DNA of 61,081 nt, counting the filler, from Nemertoderma westbladi (lineage: Eukaryota > Animalia > Xenacoelomorpha), in NCBI GenBank assembly GCA_032718475.1. It is 3 parts of 3 records of this genome, joined end to end, with 100 filler letters (N's around TTAATTAATTAA, not from the genome) between each part and the next. Parts side by side here need not be neighbours in the genome. Positions count along the whole stretch, not along the records: positions 51,338 to 61,081 come from JAUCBJ010005487.1; 2 more parts are not named here. The stretch is one strand, 5' to 3'. Made by a program: the position numbers and the translations under genes. The stretch's first letter is position 1; each line of letters opens with the position of its first letter. A model generated the notes under the pieces. The model saw only the letters and a program-made list of their open reading frames with translations. It was not told the DNA's origin and did not search any database. Shown here piece by piece: positions 51,370 to 61,081 of the stretch.

Positions 51370-51578
51370 CAGAATTTAGCAACAATTAAAGAATTAAGCA
51401 GCAAAAAAGTACCAATTTAAGAATAAAATTACGCATTACATGGGAAAAAACGTAGAACATTTTTTTTTTCAATATTCTCTCGACCCTTTATTAACCTCGC
51501 TATCGCTCGGTAAATAAAATGCCTCGAGAATAATGAAAAAAATTATACTTTTTTTCCCCATGTAATAAATAATTATTA
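51370..51578. repeat. Interspersed quasi-palindromic repeat (copy 1)
   Basis: attacatgggaaaaaa...ctcgctatcgctcg...ttttcccatgtaata; near reverse complement of 56682-56868. Confidence 0.8.
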
Positions 51579-51886
51579 ATCGCAAACATTATTTTTTGAT
51601 TTTACAGATCATATTAAATCAACTTTTCTTACGTTTTAATTGCCTTTTGTGTATTATCGATTAGGTTCCCCCTTATCTGCACTGACAGAACTCAATTACA
51701 CATTCAGCGTTGCAGCATTGTATGTATCTGTGTATTGTTTATAGTACCGGTACCGTAGGCCTACCGATACCTGGAACCTACTGACTTACCAACACTGCCA
51801 ACTGCAGCACTGTAGCCTACCAACACTCATGTAACTTTCACTCCTTCTCTACGCTGTACGGCATTCTGATCTGTCAATACCAATTC

Positions 51887-52894
51887 ATGGATGTTCTTCG
51901 CCCACCACTGGTGTGGGTTGAAGGCAGGTGTTACCGTAACTACCCGACTCGCGACCAGCCGATAACCGACGATACATCCGAGCCCTGGGAGGAGGACGAC
52001 ATTGAATGTTGCGACGAGGATACCTCCGTCTACCAGGTGGGATCCGAGTTTCGGATAGAACTCCAGGTACCCAGCAAGCTGTTCGGCTTTATCATCGGCC
52101 GTAAACGCGAGACAGTGACCCGACTGGAGGCCGAAACTGGCGTAAAAATAAAAATCCCGCGTCCGGAAAGCGCTGGCCCGGTTGTCGTTACCGGAACCCG
52201 GCGATCTTCCGTCGTCTCCGCTAAAACTCGTATCGGAATCCTCGTGGACCGTGGGCGGCTCTCCTTCCCCCCAACCCACTTTATTTCCTTCCCTCTTATA
52301 GGGGAAGAAGTTATATTTAATTACCGAGAGTTTATAGATGACGTGTTGCGGGAATGCCCCGAAATTTCTTCGGAATTGTTTCAGAATCCCAAAAAACTCC
52401 ATCTCACTATCGGTTCTTTAGTTTTATTAGACCAAGAAGATGTAAATAGAGCGGTTGATTTGCTATACGACACTTATAAACATTATATTTCCCCGTTACT
52501 TGCAGGTGAGCCGTTAGCTGTAGATTGTAGGGGGCTGGAGTATATGAACGATGACCCGTCCATGGTAAACGTTCTGTACTGTAAAGTAGAATCAGTTCTA
52601 CTGCAGAGAGTAGCCGAGATACTGGTAGAGCAATTCTTATCCGCGGGATTAATGCGTAGGGAGTACGATCGGGTTAAACTCCATCTAACAGTAATGAACA
52701 CGGCTTTTAGGAAACGCGGGGCTGGGAAAATCGATTCTAATAGTAATTACTTGGACGCTAGAGGCGTTCTAGAACGGTTTGGTGATGTCCGTCTGGGTCG
52801 CCAGTTGGTAGACCGTATAGAACTATCGGAGTTGAGTCCGCGAGTTAGAGAGGACGGCTATTATTATAGTGCGGGCGGCGTGGCCACCACCTAA
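51887..52894 (+). CDS. ASCC1: Activating signal cointegrator 1 complex subunit 1 (KH + 2H-phosphoesterase), intronless ORF, 335 aa
   Basis: N-terminus MDVLRPPLVWVEGRCYR, KH domain (VPSKLFGFIIGRK...LEAETGVKIKIP), PTHFISFPL, two HxT motifs (KLHLTIG, KLHLTVMN) and GLEYMNDDP. Confidence 0.95.
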   Translation: MDVLRPPLVWVEGRCYRNYPTRDQPITDDTSEPWEEDDIECCDEDTSVYQVGSEFRIELQVPSKLFGFIIGRKRETVTRLEAETGVKIKIPRPESAGPVVVTGTRRSSVVSAKTRIGILVDRGRLSFPPTHFISFPLIGEEVIFNYREFIDDVLRECPEISSELFQNPKKLHLTIGSLVLLDQEDVNRAVDLLYDTYKHYISPLLAGEPLAVDCRGLEYMNDDPSMVNVLYCKVESVLLQRVAEILVEQFLSAGLMRREYDRVKLHLTVMNTAFRKRGAGKIDSNSNYLDARGVLERFGDVRLGRQLVDRIELSELSPRVREDGYYYSAGGVATT

Positions 52895-53900
52895 ACGAAT
52901 TAATTAATTAATAAATTACAACAAGGTTGTATAAATTTAGTTTCATTCCAACATTATTACATCACAAATTAGCTGCAGATGAAAACTTAAATCTGTTTAA
53001 TAAAAGTATTATATTTTTAGTGGAAAGTTTCATATTGTATAATATCTGCAGATCAAAGAAGAAAATGTTTGCAGTTCATTTATATCAAAACAATGTTTAT
53101 AACAAGGTGGCTTTATATTGTTTACCGGTAGTACTTACTAATATATAGAATTATGTATAATGTGCTACAGAAACCTGCCACCAAAGAATGCGTGGTTATA
53201 TTATAATATGGTAATAATAAAATAATATTTTGAAATAAAATCTGTAAAGCTGTTATTTATGGTTTTATTAGTATTTTATTAGTTAACTAACAACAATTTT
53301 GTTCGCCTAGGATTGCATGTTTATTTTGGATAGTTATAGTCTGACGTCATATGATTGTTTTTTAGAACAGGACAACTTGCCCATATCACTTGCCATCATT
53401 CCTTGACTGATTTCTAAAATTTCTTTGTAAGGGGTTAGCTCAATAATAATATAAATAGGACCTAATAATATAAATAGTAAAGCAAAATAACAAATTGTAA
53501 AGCAAAATAACAATGTCCTGATAGATAAGATATAGTAATAATAATATAAATTACCCACCGGTAATAATAATATTATATAGTATAAAGATCATATAACATA
53601 ACGCCACCACATGTTCAGAGCCACCCACAGATCCACCCAAGCCTCATCTCTTGTCCTTGTCACCATACAAAAATGTAATATTAATGGTTAATTATATTTA
53701 TTTAATATATTTTTATTAAGTATTTATTTCAACCGAGCCATTTGAAATGTCTAAATATCAGTGTAAACTTAATAAATTACAAAATATATTTACTGAGGTA
53801 TATTTCAAATAATAAATATACAAACATTGTCTGATTACCCATAATAAGCACTGAGTTGCCTATATCCTATTGTAAAAGTTTCAGCCTACGATTATTTTAC

Positions 53901-54126
53901 CTAAATCTCGGCTGCATGGCCTGTATTAAAGGACGTCTTGGGTTAGGTACATACAGAAGCGAAGGATTGGGTTCGGGTAACGCCATGTTTTCCGCTTCCT
54001 TTTCAAACTTTTTGCGTTTGAAACATGTGTAACCCTTATTGTGATTTGCCCGACCTTTTTGAACGGGATCCAGTGAAGTGAAGTGAAGGGATCCAATTAG
54101 TGAAGTAAATTCCATGAATGAATATC
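53901..54126 (-). CDS. Possible exon of a small unknown gene
   Basis: Open frame (73 aa from ATG 54115) bounded by gttcatag| and ag|gtaaaa. It may splice to 53413 (adding NQSRNDGK*). No recognisable motif. Confidence 0.3.
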
Positions 54127-54916
54127 CTATGAACAGTAAATAAATATATTTAATTATATCGAATTAATATATAAAATAATATTATTGGAATATCATATTA
54201 CTAATATTTTAGCAGTGTGAGATAAAGTGATATTAAGTTGCCAAAAACCTGTAACATCTTACACCTTCACCTAATACTGTAAACTTTGAGGAAATTGAAT
54301 GCAAAATTGCAATAACGAAAATCAGGATCCCGACAGTGGCAATCCCGGGTTCCGATCCGGATCCCGAAATGTATGTTTCATTTTAAACACTAACATGTCC
54401 GTAACTGATTACTGTAAAATATTAATCTCATAATCATTATTCATCGCGCAAAGATTCATCAGATAGTCCCGTAATATCGTGTCATTTTCTTGTAACACTT
54501 TATAACTCAATGATAGATTAGTTGGTGTTGTGTTGCCTGACTTGTTGCGTTTCTTTGTGGCATCCCTTAACTTTTGAATATATATTTATAGAATATTATT
54601 ATTGTATTATTAATAATATAGAATATTATGTTACAGATATTAATATTAATCCAATGCTCAACTCATATAATGATTTGGCAGATATTTCATTGGACAGTAG
54701 GAAGGGCGTGGCCTGTCTCCGACAGCTACCACCCACTAAAATTAACCAATAAAATTATTCGAGTATATAATGTGACAGTGAAGGTGACCTATTCTTTATC
54801 TGAAATTATTGTGCTTGACTGGTCTTGGCAGACGGTGTATCCCATATTATTTGTAGGCTAATGACCTAATGTCATAGATTTGTTGCACTCCGCATGTATA
54901 GATATATGTATTCAAT

Positions 54917-56383
54917 ATGAATATTGTTACGTCATTAATGTTAGCGGGACGCATGTTTGTTGAAACTAATACAACTGTTGTTCAATTCCGGTGTTGTAAT
55001 AACATAGCTACTAGTTGTTCTAGAACAAATACAACGCACTCAACATTAGCAATGCAGAGATTATTTAAAACTCGCCGATGTAGATCCTCAACTACTCCCC
55101 ATTCCGTTGGAATTCACCCTCTGATTAGCGCCAAAGTGTTTGTTACAATGGAAACGGAAGAGCAACTCGATACCTTATTGAATTTCGCCAAACCGGACTC
55201 GCATGGTATTACACGGTCCCTCGCCGTCTACAATTACTCCGCAGATACGCCGGTCGACCAAGCATCCTACATAAACGGGTTTATTAGCCTAAAGAATTCG
55301 ATGAGTTTACCTATCGATGAGTTTATAAACGATGTCGCAAAACAATCCCGCGGGATCGGGATACTTATTGATTTACGCGGTAGAATCATATCGTTGTTAC
55401 GGTCTGTGAACCACGACCCCCGTTACACTCTAGTCGAGGCGTCGCTAAAGGCCGCCCTCACGTGGTACTTCAACCCCGGTCTATTCAGAACCGAACGAAT
55501 ATCAACCGCGAGTCCCTCCGAGACGTTAGATAAACTCATTGGTTACGAGAACATCCATAAAATGCGGAGTAAATCTGATTTAATTCAGCGACTAGGGGAG
55601 AATCGGCGGTGTTACGTGTCCTACCATGATAGCGCGTTACCAGGGGAACCGGTTGTCGTACTGTACGTGGCCCTCACTGACAGAATAGTTGAAACTATAG
55701 GCGATATTCTGGAAGACAAAGAAACGGATAATGTAGACCAGCCGACTACCGCAATGTTCTACTCAATAACCTCAACGCAACCCGGTCTAGTTGGTATAGA
55801 CTTAGGCAGTTCGCTTATACACCACGCGGTGGCGCAACTGCAAATAGAAGTCCCTTCAATCAACATATGGTCTTCTCTTTCCCCCATCCCCGGGTTCGCT
55901 AAATGGCTTCTAGCCGCTATCGATAGTGGTATCCATGGCAACGTGCAGACGCTCCCTTTCCCCGCACGGGACATTAAGAACATTAAAGTTTTATATAAAA
56001 ATGAAGATTTATCTACCGTGTTGAAGGACCTGAGGAAGATGTTGCTTACATCCGATTGGTTTAACGATGTTAGTATGGTGGACATTCTGCAACCTCTTCT
56101 GTACAACAGTTGCCTCCTCTACCTCACTGTAGAGAAAAACGGAGGCTTCGCCAGGGACCCCGTCGCCAACTTCCATCTCCGAAACGGCGCCACGTTGTGG
56201 CGTATTAACTTCCTGGCCGACGTGAGCCGCAACGGGATCTCCGTAGGGCTGAGCCACATGGTTAATTACAGATACTTTCTGGAAGACTTGGTGGAGAACA
56301 GATACAGATACCAGACAAATAAAGAAGTCGTTGTAGACAAACAGGTCTATGGTTTATGTCGTAGACCCTCTGTCTTACTATAA
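54917..56383 (+). CDS. MLYCD: Malonyl-CoA decarboxylase, intronless ORF, up to 488 aa
   Basis: Motifs RLGENRRCY, PGEPVVVLYVALT, AMFYSITSTQPGLVGIDLG, SSLSPIPGF, DPVANFHLRNGATLWRINFLAD and MVNYRY. The start ATG is uncertain. Confidence 0.95.
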   Translation: MNIVTSLMLAGRMFVETNTTVVQFRCCNNIATSCSRTNTTHSTLAMQRLFKTRRCRSSTTPHSVGIHPLISAKVFVTMETEEQLDTLLNFAKPDSHGITRSLAVYNYSADTPVDQASYINGFISLKNSMSLPIDEFINDVAKQSRGIGILIDLRGRIISLLRSVNHDPRYTLVEASLKAALTWYFNPGLFRTERISTASPSETLDKLIGYENIHKMRSKSDLIQRLGENRRCYVSYHDSALPGEPVVVLYVALTDRIVETIGDILEDKETDNVDQPTTAMFYSITSTQPGLVGIDLGSSLIHHAVAQLQIEVPSINIWSSLSPIPGFAKWLLAAIDSGIHGNVQTLPFPARDIKNIKVLYKNEDLSTVLKDLRKMLLTSDWFNDVSMVDILQPLLYNSCLLYLTVEKNGGFARDPVANFHLRNGATLWRINFLADVSRNGISVGLSHMVNYRYFLEDLVENRYRYQTNKEVVVDKQVYGLCRRPSVLL

Positions 56384-56529
56384 TCTGTTTGCTGAACTTT
56401 TCTCCGGAAGGTTCAATTTAAATTTAATACATTTTAGATATAATTTATTATTGTGGAAATTCATCAGTAGAAATATTATCTTAAAATTCAAGGGAGGAAC
56501 TTTTGATTAAATTAATCTGATAATAAATG

Positions 56530-57295
56530 GTTTTATTCTTAAATTGTAACTTTTTCGCTCTAATATACCTCAAATACGGGAGAAAATGGCGTACGTTTTG
56601 CCCTAGGAAAAAAAGTAATCAATAGGATTGCATTGCTTTACTGATGGAGGATTTACTTTTTTCCCGTCAAAAAAAGTAAAATATAATTATTTATTACATG
56701 GGAAAAAAGTAGAACTTTTTTTTCATTATTCTCGAGGCATTTTAATTACCGAGCGTCAGCGAGGTTAATAAAGGGTCGAGAGAATATTGGAAAAAAATGT
56801 CCTACGTTTTTTCCCATGTAATACGTAATTGTATTCTTAAATTGATACTTTTTTGTTGCTAAATTCTGTATAAAACAGCGATATACTACAGTACAGTTGT
56901 GTTACAAAATAAATTGAACTATAGTGGTTTACTATATTGCTTCCATAGTTACTGCGATTCAAATTATTGAACTCTTCAACTCCTAATGATGCCTTACTCA
57001 ATGTTAAATGATTTAGTGTTCTCGAATATTTATTACGTCACTAGAGAGCCGCAGTGTGTGAATGGATTTCGCTCCAATTACTTTCAATCCTTTTCTACGT
57101 CGATGCTCTTTCAATACATGTAATAAAATTTATAAAATTCCACCAAAAATATTTTACTTTACTCGCCGGGAAAAAAAGTAAAATCAATGCATTCCTATTA
57201 ATTAATTTTTTTCCCTAGGGAAAAAAAGTGAAACTTTTTCTCCCGATTTTGGGGTATTTTCGAGCGAAGAAGTGACAATTTAAGAATAAATAATT
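56530..57295. repeat. Composite inverted-repeat element containing copy 2 (56682-56868) of the repeat at 51370
   Basis: Outer inverted repeat attcttaaattgtaactttttcgctc...cgggagaaaa versus ttttctcccg...gagcgaagaagtgacaatttaagaat. Confidence 0.7.
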
Positions 57296-58444
57296 ATATT
57301 TATGAATTTGATAACTTTATTTGTTACCGTTTAAGTAGGCGTCGTAAATATTGCAAATAGTAAAGGTTGTCGAATAGTAATTTTGTTTCAAAACTCCTTT
57401 GTAACTTATTAGCCCACCGTTTCCACGTATTATATTATTATAGTATAGAACAATAAATAACATCTGTGTTTATTTGTGGGTTCACAATATATGTGTAGGG
57501 GGTTTTTTAATGTGATTATCACGATATTCAGACTGCCGCAAGCCGTTTTTAGAACATCATATTTACAGTATAAGATAGTTAATAAGATAGTGATTCTCGT
57601 TTCGTGATGTAAAATTTATCTGTTTATTAAACATTAATTAAGTAAATAATAATTTTTTCTTTTTTTTCAATTAATATGGTGCCCTAACCATTCTAACTGT
57701 TCTACTAAACCATTCAGGAATATATTTACCTTACTTGGAAGGGTCAAAATAATTACTTAGTATAAAATAAGTTAACGTAATAGTATAAAACTACATTTAT
57801 TCGCATCAATACATACCCAAAACCTAACCACATTTTTTGTATTCTAAATTACCAATTGTTTATGTTATGTCCAATAGACTGGCATAGGGAAATCGGCTAT
57901 CCCTCCGTCCAAAAATCATACAATTTTGAATGTTTTTTCCACTGGCATTATGAATTAAACTAATTGCTCTGTACATAAATAAGCACAATTTTACTCATTC
58001 AACAAAACTTTGTCTAAACCAACTTTTGTTAGAATTCCACCAATACCTGCTACCTTGTTGCTATGTTAAATCCATTATGCTAAAGAAAAACATATCTTAA
58101 ATGGTAATTTATTTTTATAGATATTTTTGGTGGTATTATCTAGATTATGTAGAATCAGTAACATTTGGTATTGGTACGGTTGAATTGCTAATTAGTAAAT
58201 AAATCCCATACTTGCTTGACGTCTCAATGTTAAATTATCAATTGAGGGAAAGGAGAACAGCTTTCAGTGACACGTTTTTCTAACCAAAAAAAATAAACTA
58301 AGTCAAAAAGAAAAATTTAGGACTACAGTTATTTTTGAGCAATCTGCCGTTATAGTTATTGGCGTCGATTTTCCCAGGAAAAGGGATGACTTGATTGCGT
58401 CTGGGGTATCACTAATCCCTATCTGTTTGTAAGATGGATTGGAA

Positions 58445-58622
58445 TACCTATTTACTCGAATAAAAGCCCACCAACATTCTTTATTAGGGTATTTAAATTC
58501 AAAGTGCTGAAAATCTAGAACCTAAACATAAACGCCCCCACTCGAACCACACATTTTGGCGCATCCCCAATTGGCAATTTATAAACTTAAACGCCCAGGC
58601 TCTTATTCGAATAACTACGGTA
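58445..58622 (-). mobile_element. Short (178-bp) array-free copy of the MITE at 38500-40620
   Basis: Imperfect TIRs tacctatttactcgaataa / ttattcgaataactacggta. The interior matches 38500-38560 and 40257-40345 in reverse complement. Confidence 0.8.
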
Positions 58623-59869
58623 AGTACATAGAACACGCCATCCACCAATTTCGTGTGAATGCACCGGAAATGTACTGCCAAGTGTGGGAATGAGTAGGGC
58701 AAGGCTGTATAACCCTAATGGTGACCCACTGCGACGGTGAGCCTGAGGAACATTGGTTAATTGACTGGTTTGAACAGTTTAAATATTACAAAGTAATTAC
58801 AAGGCATTAATGCCGGTTCTACCAAGAGTGTTTATATTTCACACGCGTCTGTTCACTGATAACAAGTACAGTATAATCATGACTGGTGTTAGTTTATGGT
58901 GTTGTGACCCGCTACTACACCAGGGCTCCTCAATGTTATATTGATAAAGCGATCTACTCCAGAGATCATGTGTTGGAACACCACAAGAAGCCGGATAAGT
59001 TTTAATTACGGTAAAAATGCTCTTAAAAAAACTGCCTTGCATCCTTATATGGTCTCTATACGAGAACCAGTTTCCTCTGGGGTGTATAATTCTTGGGGAC
59101 CGCACTGGAAATAAGTCGTCGGACTCTGCGTAATCCCTGGCCTAACAGCGAAGATAAGTTTACTTTTATTGGATACGGACAGCAGGGATCCCTCGTCATC
59201 ATCACACGTACAGTATTTTCCCTTAGGAACTTTGATCTTGTAACTGTTTTTAGAAGTACTAAAGTGCTAACAAACAGCAGTCCTGCAATGGTAAAGTGCT
59301 AACTGTTTTAAAGTGCTAACCTAAAGTGCTAACACTCCCTGAAAAAAATTTGTTGAGACAAGTTGACTACAATTCCAGGTTCCGATTGGCTCATTTCGAA
59401 GTGTTAGCAGTTTGACCCCTTTGCAAGCACAAATTAAAAACGTCAAATAGCAACAAATTTTAACAACTGCCCCCTAGCGACCAGATTCAGAATTATTGAA
59501 AAAGGTAAAGTGCTAACTGTTAGCACTATAGAGTTTCTCCATAAGACATATTCTAAATGTTAGCTCTTTAAGGCTAATTTTGTTGTATAATTATTGCATA
59601 GCAAGCCAGACCAGATGTTAGCGTTTTATAACTAAAATTGAAATAAATTGATTATTAATCAAGCCGAGATCACAAGAGGAGATTATGAGTTTCTGAAATG
59701 AATAATACCGGCCAACAGAAAGCATAAAGTGCTAACATTAGGCCTATTCAATTCATATATTAAACGTCTATGTCTTTGCAACTAATTCAATTTCTTAAAA
59801 GCATTCAATAATATGGCACATAATCAACAACCATTAATTAATTTATTCTCATAATTATATATTATTCTA

Positions 59870-60960
59870 AATAATCTGAGGATAATTGAAGAGATTGATC
59901 AAAAAAGAAAGACAGGCATCTGGCTGTTATCTTTGTTGACTTATTCAAGGCCTTTTATTCAGTCTCTCGCTCACGTATGTTCAGCATACTTTCATTATAT
60001 GGGATTCCTGATGAAATTATTGCAGCAATCAGATCAGTATACGATGGTTCGACAACATTTGTGTCTACTGCTGACGGTGACACAGAACCAATTTAAGTGT
60101 TATGGGGCGTCCTCCAGGGAGACACACTTGCGCCATTCTTGTTCATAATTATGGTTGACTATAAGCATGTCACTAGATCATCATAATGATGATGGGGGTG
60201 ATGATAACTCCACCTACTGGCTCCAGAAGTTGAGGATATCCTGCCAAGTACCTAACTGATCTAGACTTTGCTGATGACTTAGGAGTACTCTCAGAATCAC
60301 TAGAGGGAGCCCAACGGCTCCTCAGCTCATTAGAACATGCTGCTTCTAGTGTTGGTCTTTTTATTAACTCCAAAAATGACCACAATTTTGACAGTTAACT
60401 ATGAAAGTCATCAGCAAGTCTCTGACCGGATGAGCCCTTGAATAGGCTTTCCAGGATTTGGAAGTCACATAGAATTAATCGGAATCTTAAGGTACGATTA
60501 TTTAGAGCAGCAGTAGTTCCAGTACTCCTCTATGGGAGTCCATGCTGGGCTCTAACTGCAGAGGATACCAAATCTCTGGATGGCACATTCACAAGAATGC
60601 TACGCCGGGTTCACTGTGTCAAGTACAATCCACACATCTCCAACCAGACACAATATAACATTGGAGGTGTCTCATTGGTTCCCCCAGGCTTGACACTAGA
60701 ACAAACCCGCCTCCGCTTTGCAGGACATTGCTTTCGCCGTGTGGACCAGCCAGTGCATAATCTTGTACTTTGGCAGCCTCATGGAGTGAATAAGCATGGT
60801 GGACAGCCCATGACTTTCTTGAGACGCATCTTAAAGGACACTGGCCTTGAAGATTCGGATGATCTAGCAAATGTCATGGGTGATAGGGAGTTGTGGTGGC
60901 TCAATTTTGTCGTCAAGCCGGCACAGCATTCTATTTATTGCGTTTATTGTGTTTATTGCT
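59870..60960 (+). mobile_element. RTE-type LINE, degenerate reverse transcriptase and 3' end
   Basis: FVDLFKAFYSVSR, GVLQGDTLAPFLFIIMVDY, LTDLDFADDL, LKVRLFRAAVVPVLLYGS and RLRFAGHCFR...LVLWQP, with stops and frameshifts. Short tandem tail (tttattgyg)3 at ~60934-60960. Confidence 0.93.
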
Positions 60961-61081
60961 TTTTAATCAGCCATAGATCACAATATAGATGACAATGTGT
61001 TTCAGAAATAAATAATTCCAGTCAGCAGAAATCATATAGTGGTAACATACATCCATAAATACGAGCATTCATTGTCTTATA

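Noticed and set aside
51887-56383. Bacterial contamination or horizontal transfer suggested by intronless ORFs
   Set aside because: The ASCC1 N-terminus + KH + 2H architecture is eukaryotic, the spacing is not operon-like, and the flanks share repeat families with the rest of the window (58445 versus 38500).

Overview
AT-rich, repeat-rich eukaryotic (probably invertebrate animal) genomic DNA in three segments joined by artificial 100-nt linkers (44N-TTAATTAATTAA-44N at 28568-28667 and 51238-51337). Protein genes: a two-exon TM + Sel1-repeat gene (+); a ~14-exon, ~984-aa coiled-coil gene (-); a 5'-truncated four-exon saccharopine dehydrogenase-like oxidoreductase (SCCPDH-like, +); and intronless ASCC1 and malonyl-CoA decarboxylase (MLYCD) ORFs (+). 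Introns and intergenic DNA are filled with tandem arrays, MITEs (hAT-, Harbinger- and Tc1/mariner-like), RTE-type LINE fragments and a Pao/BEL fragment. Two observations stand out. (1) In two unrelated genes a multi-kb intronic satellite is an amplification of that gene's own exon-end plus 5' splice site: about 200 intact decoy donors in SCCPDH, and about 110 mostly GT-mutated copies in the coiled-coil gene. (2) A 3.66-kb CACTG-ended, TA-TSD (CMC/EnSpm-like) transposon has inserted into the second satellite and carries a decayed double-zinc-ribbon + PWWP chromatin-reader gene instead of a transposase. All calls come from manual reading of the sequence; no database searches were run.
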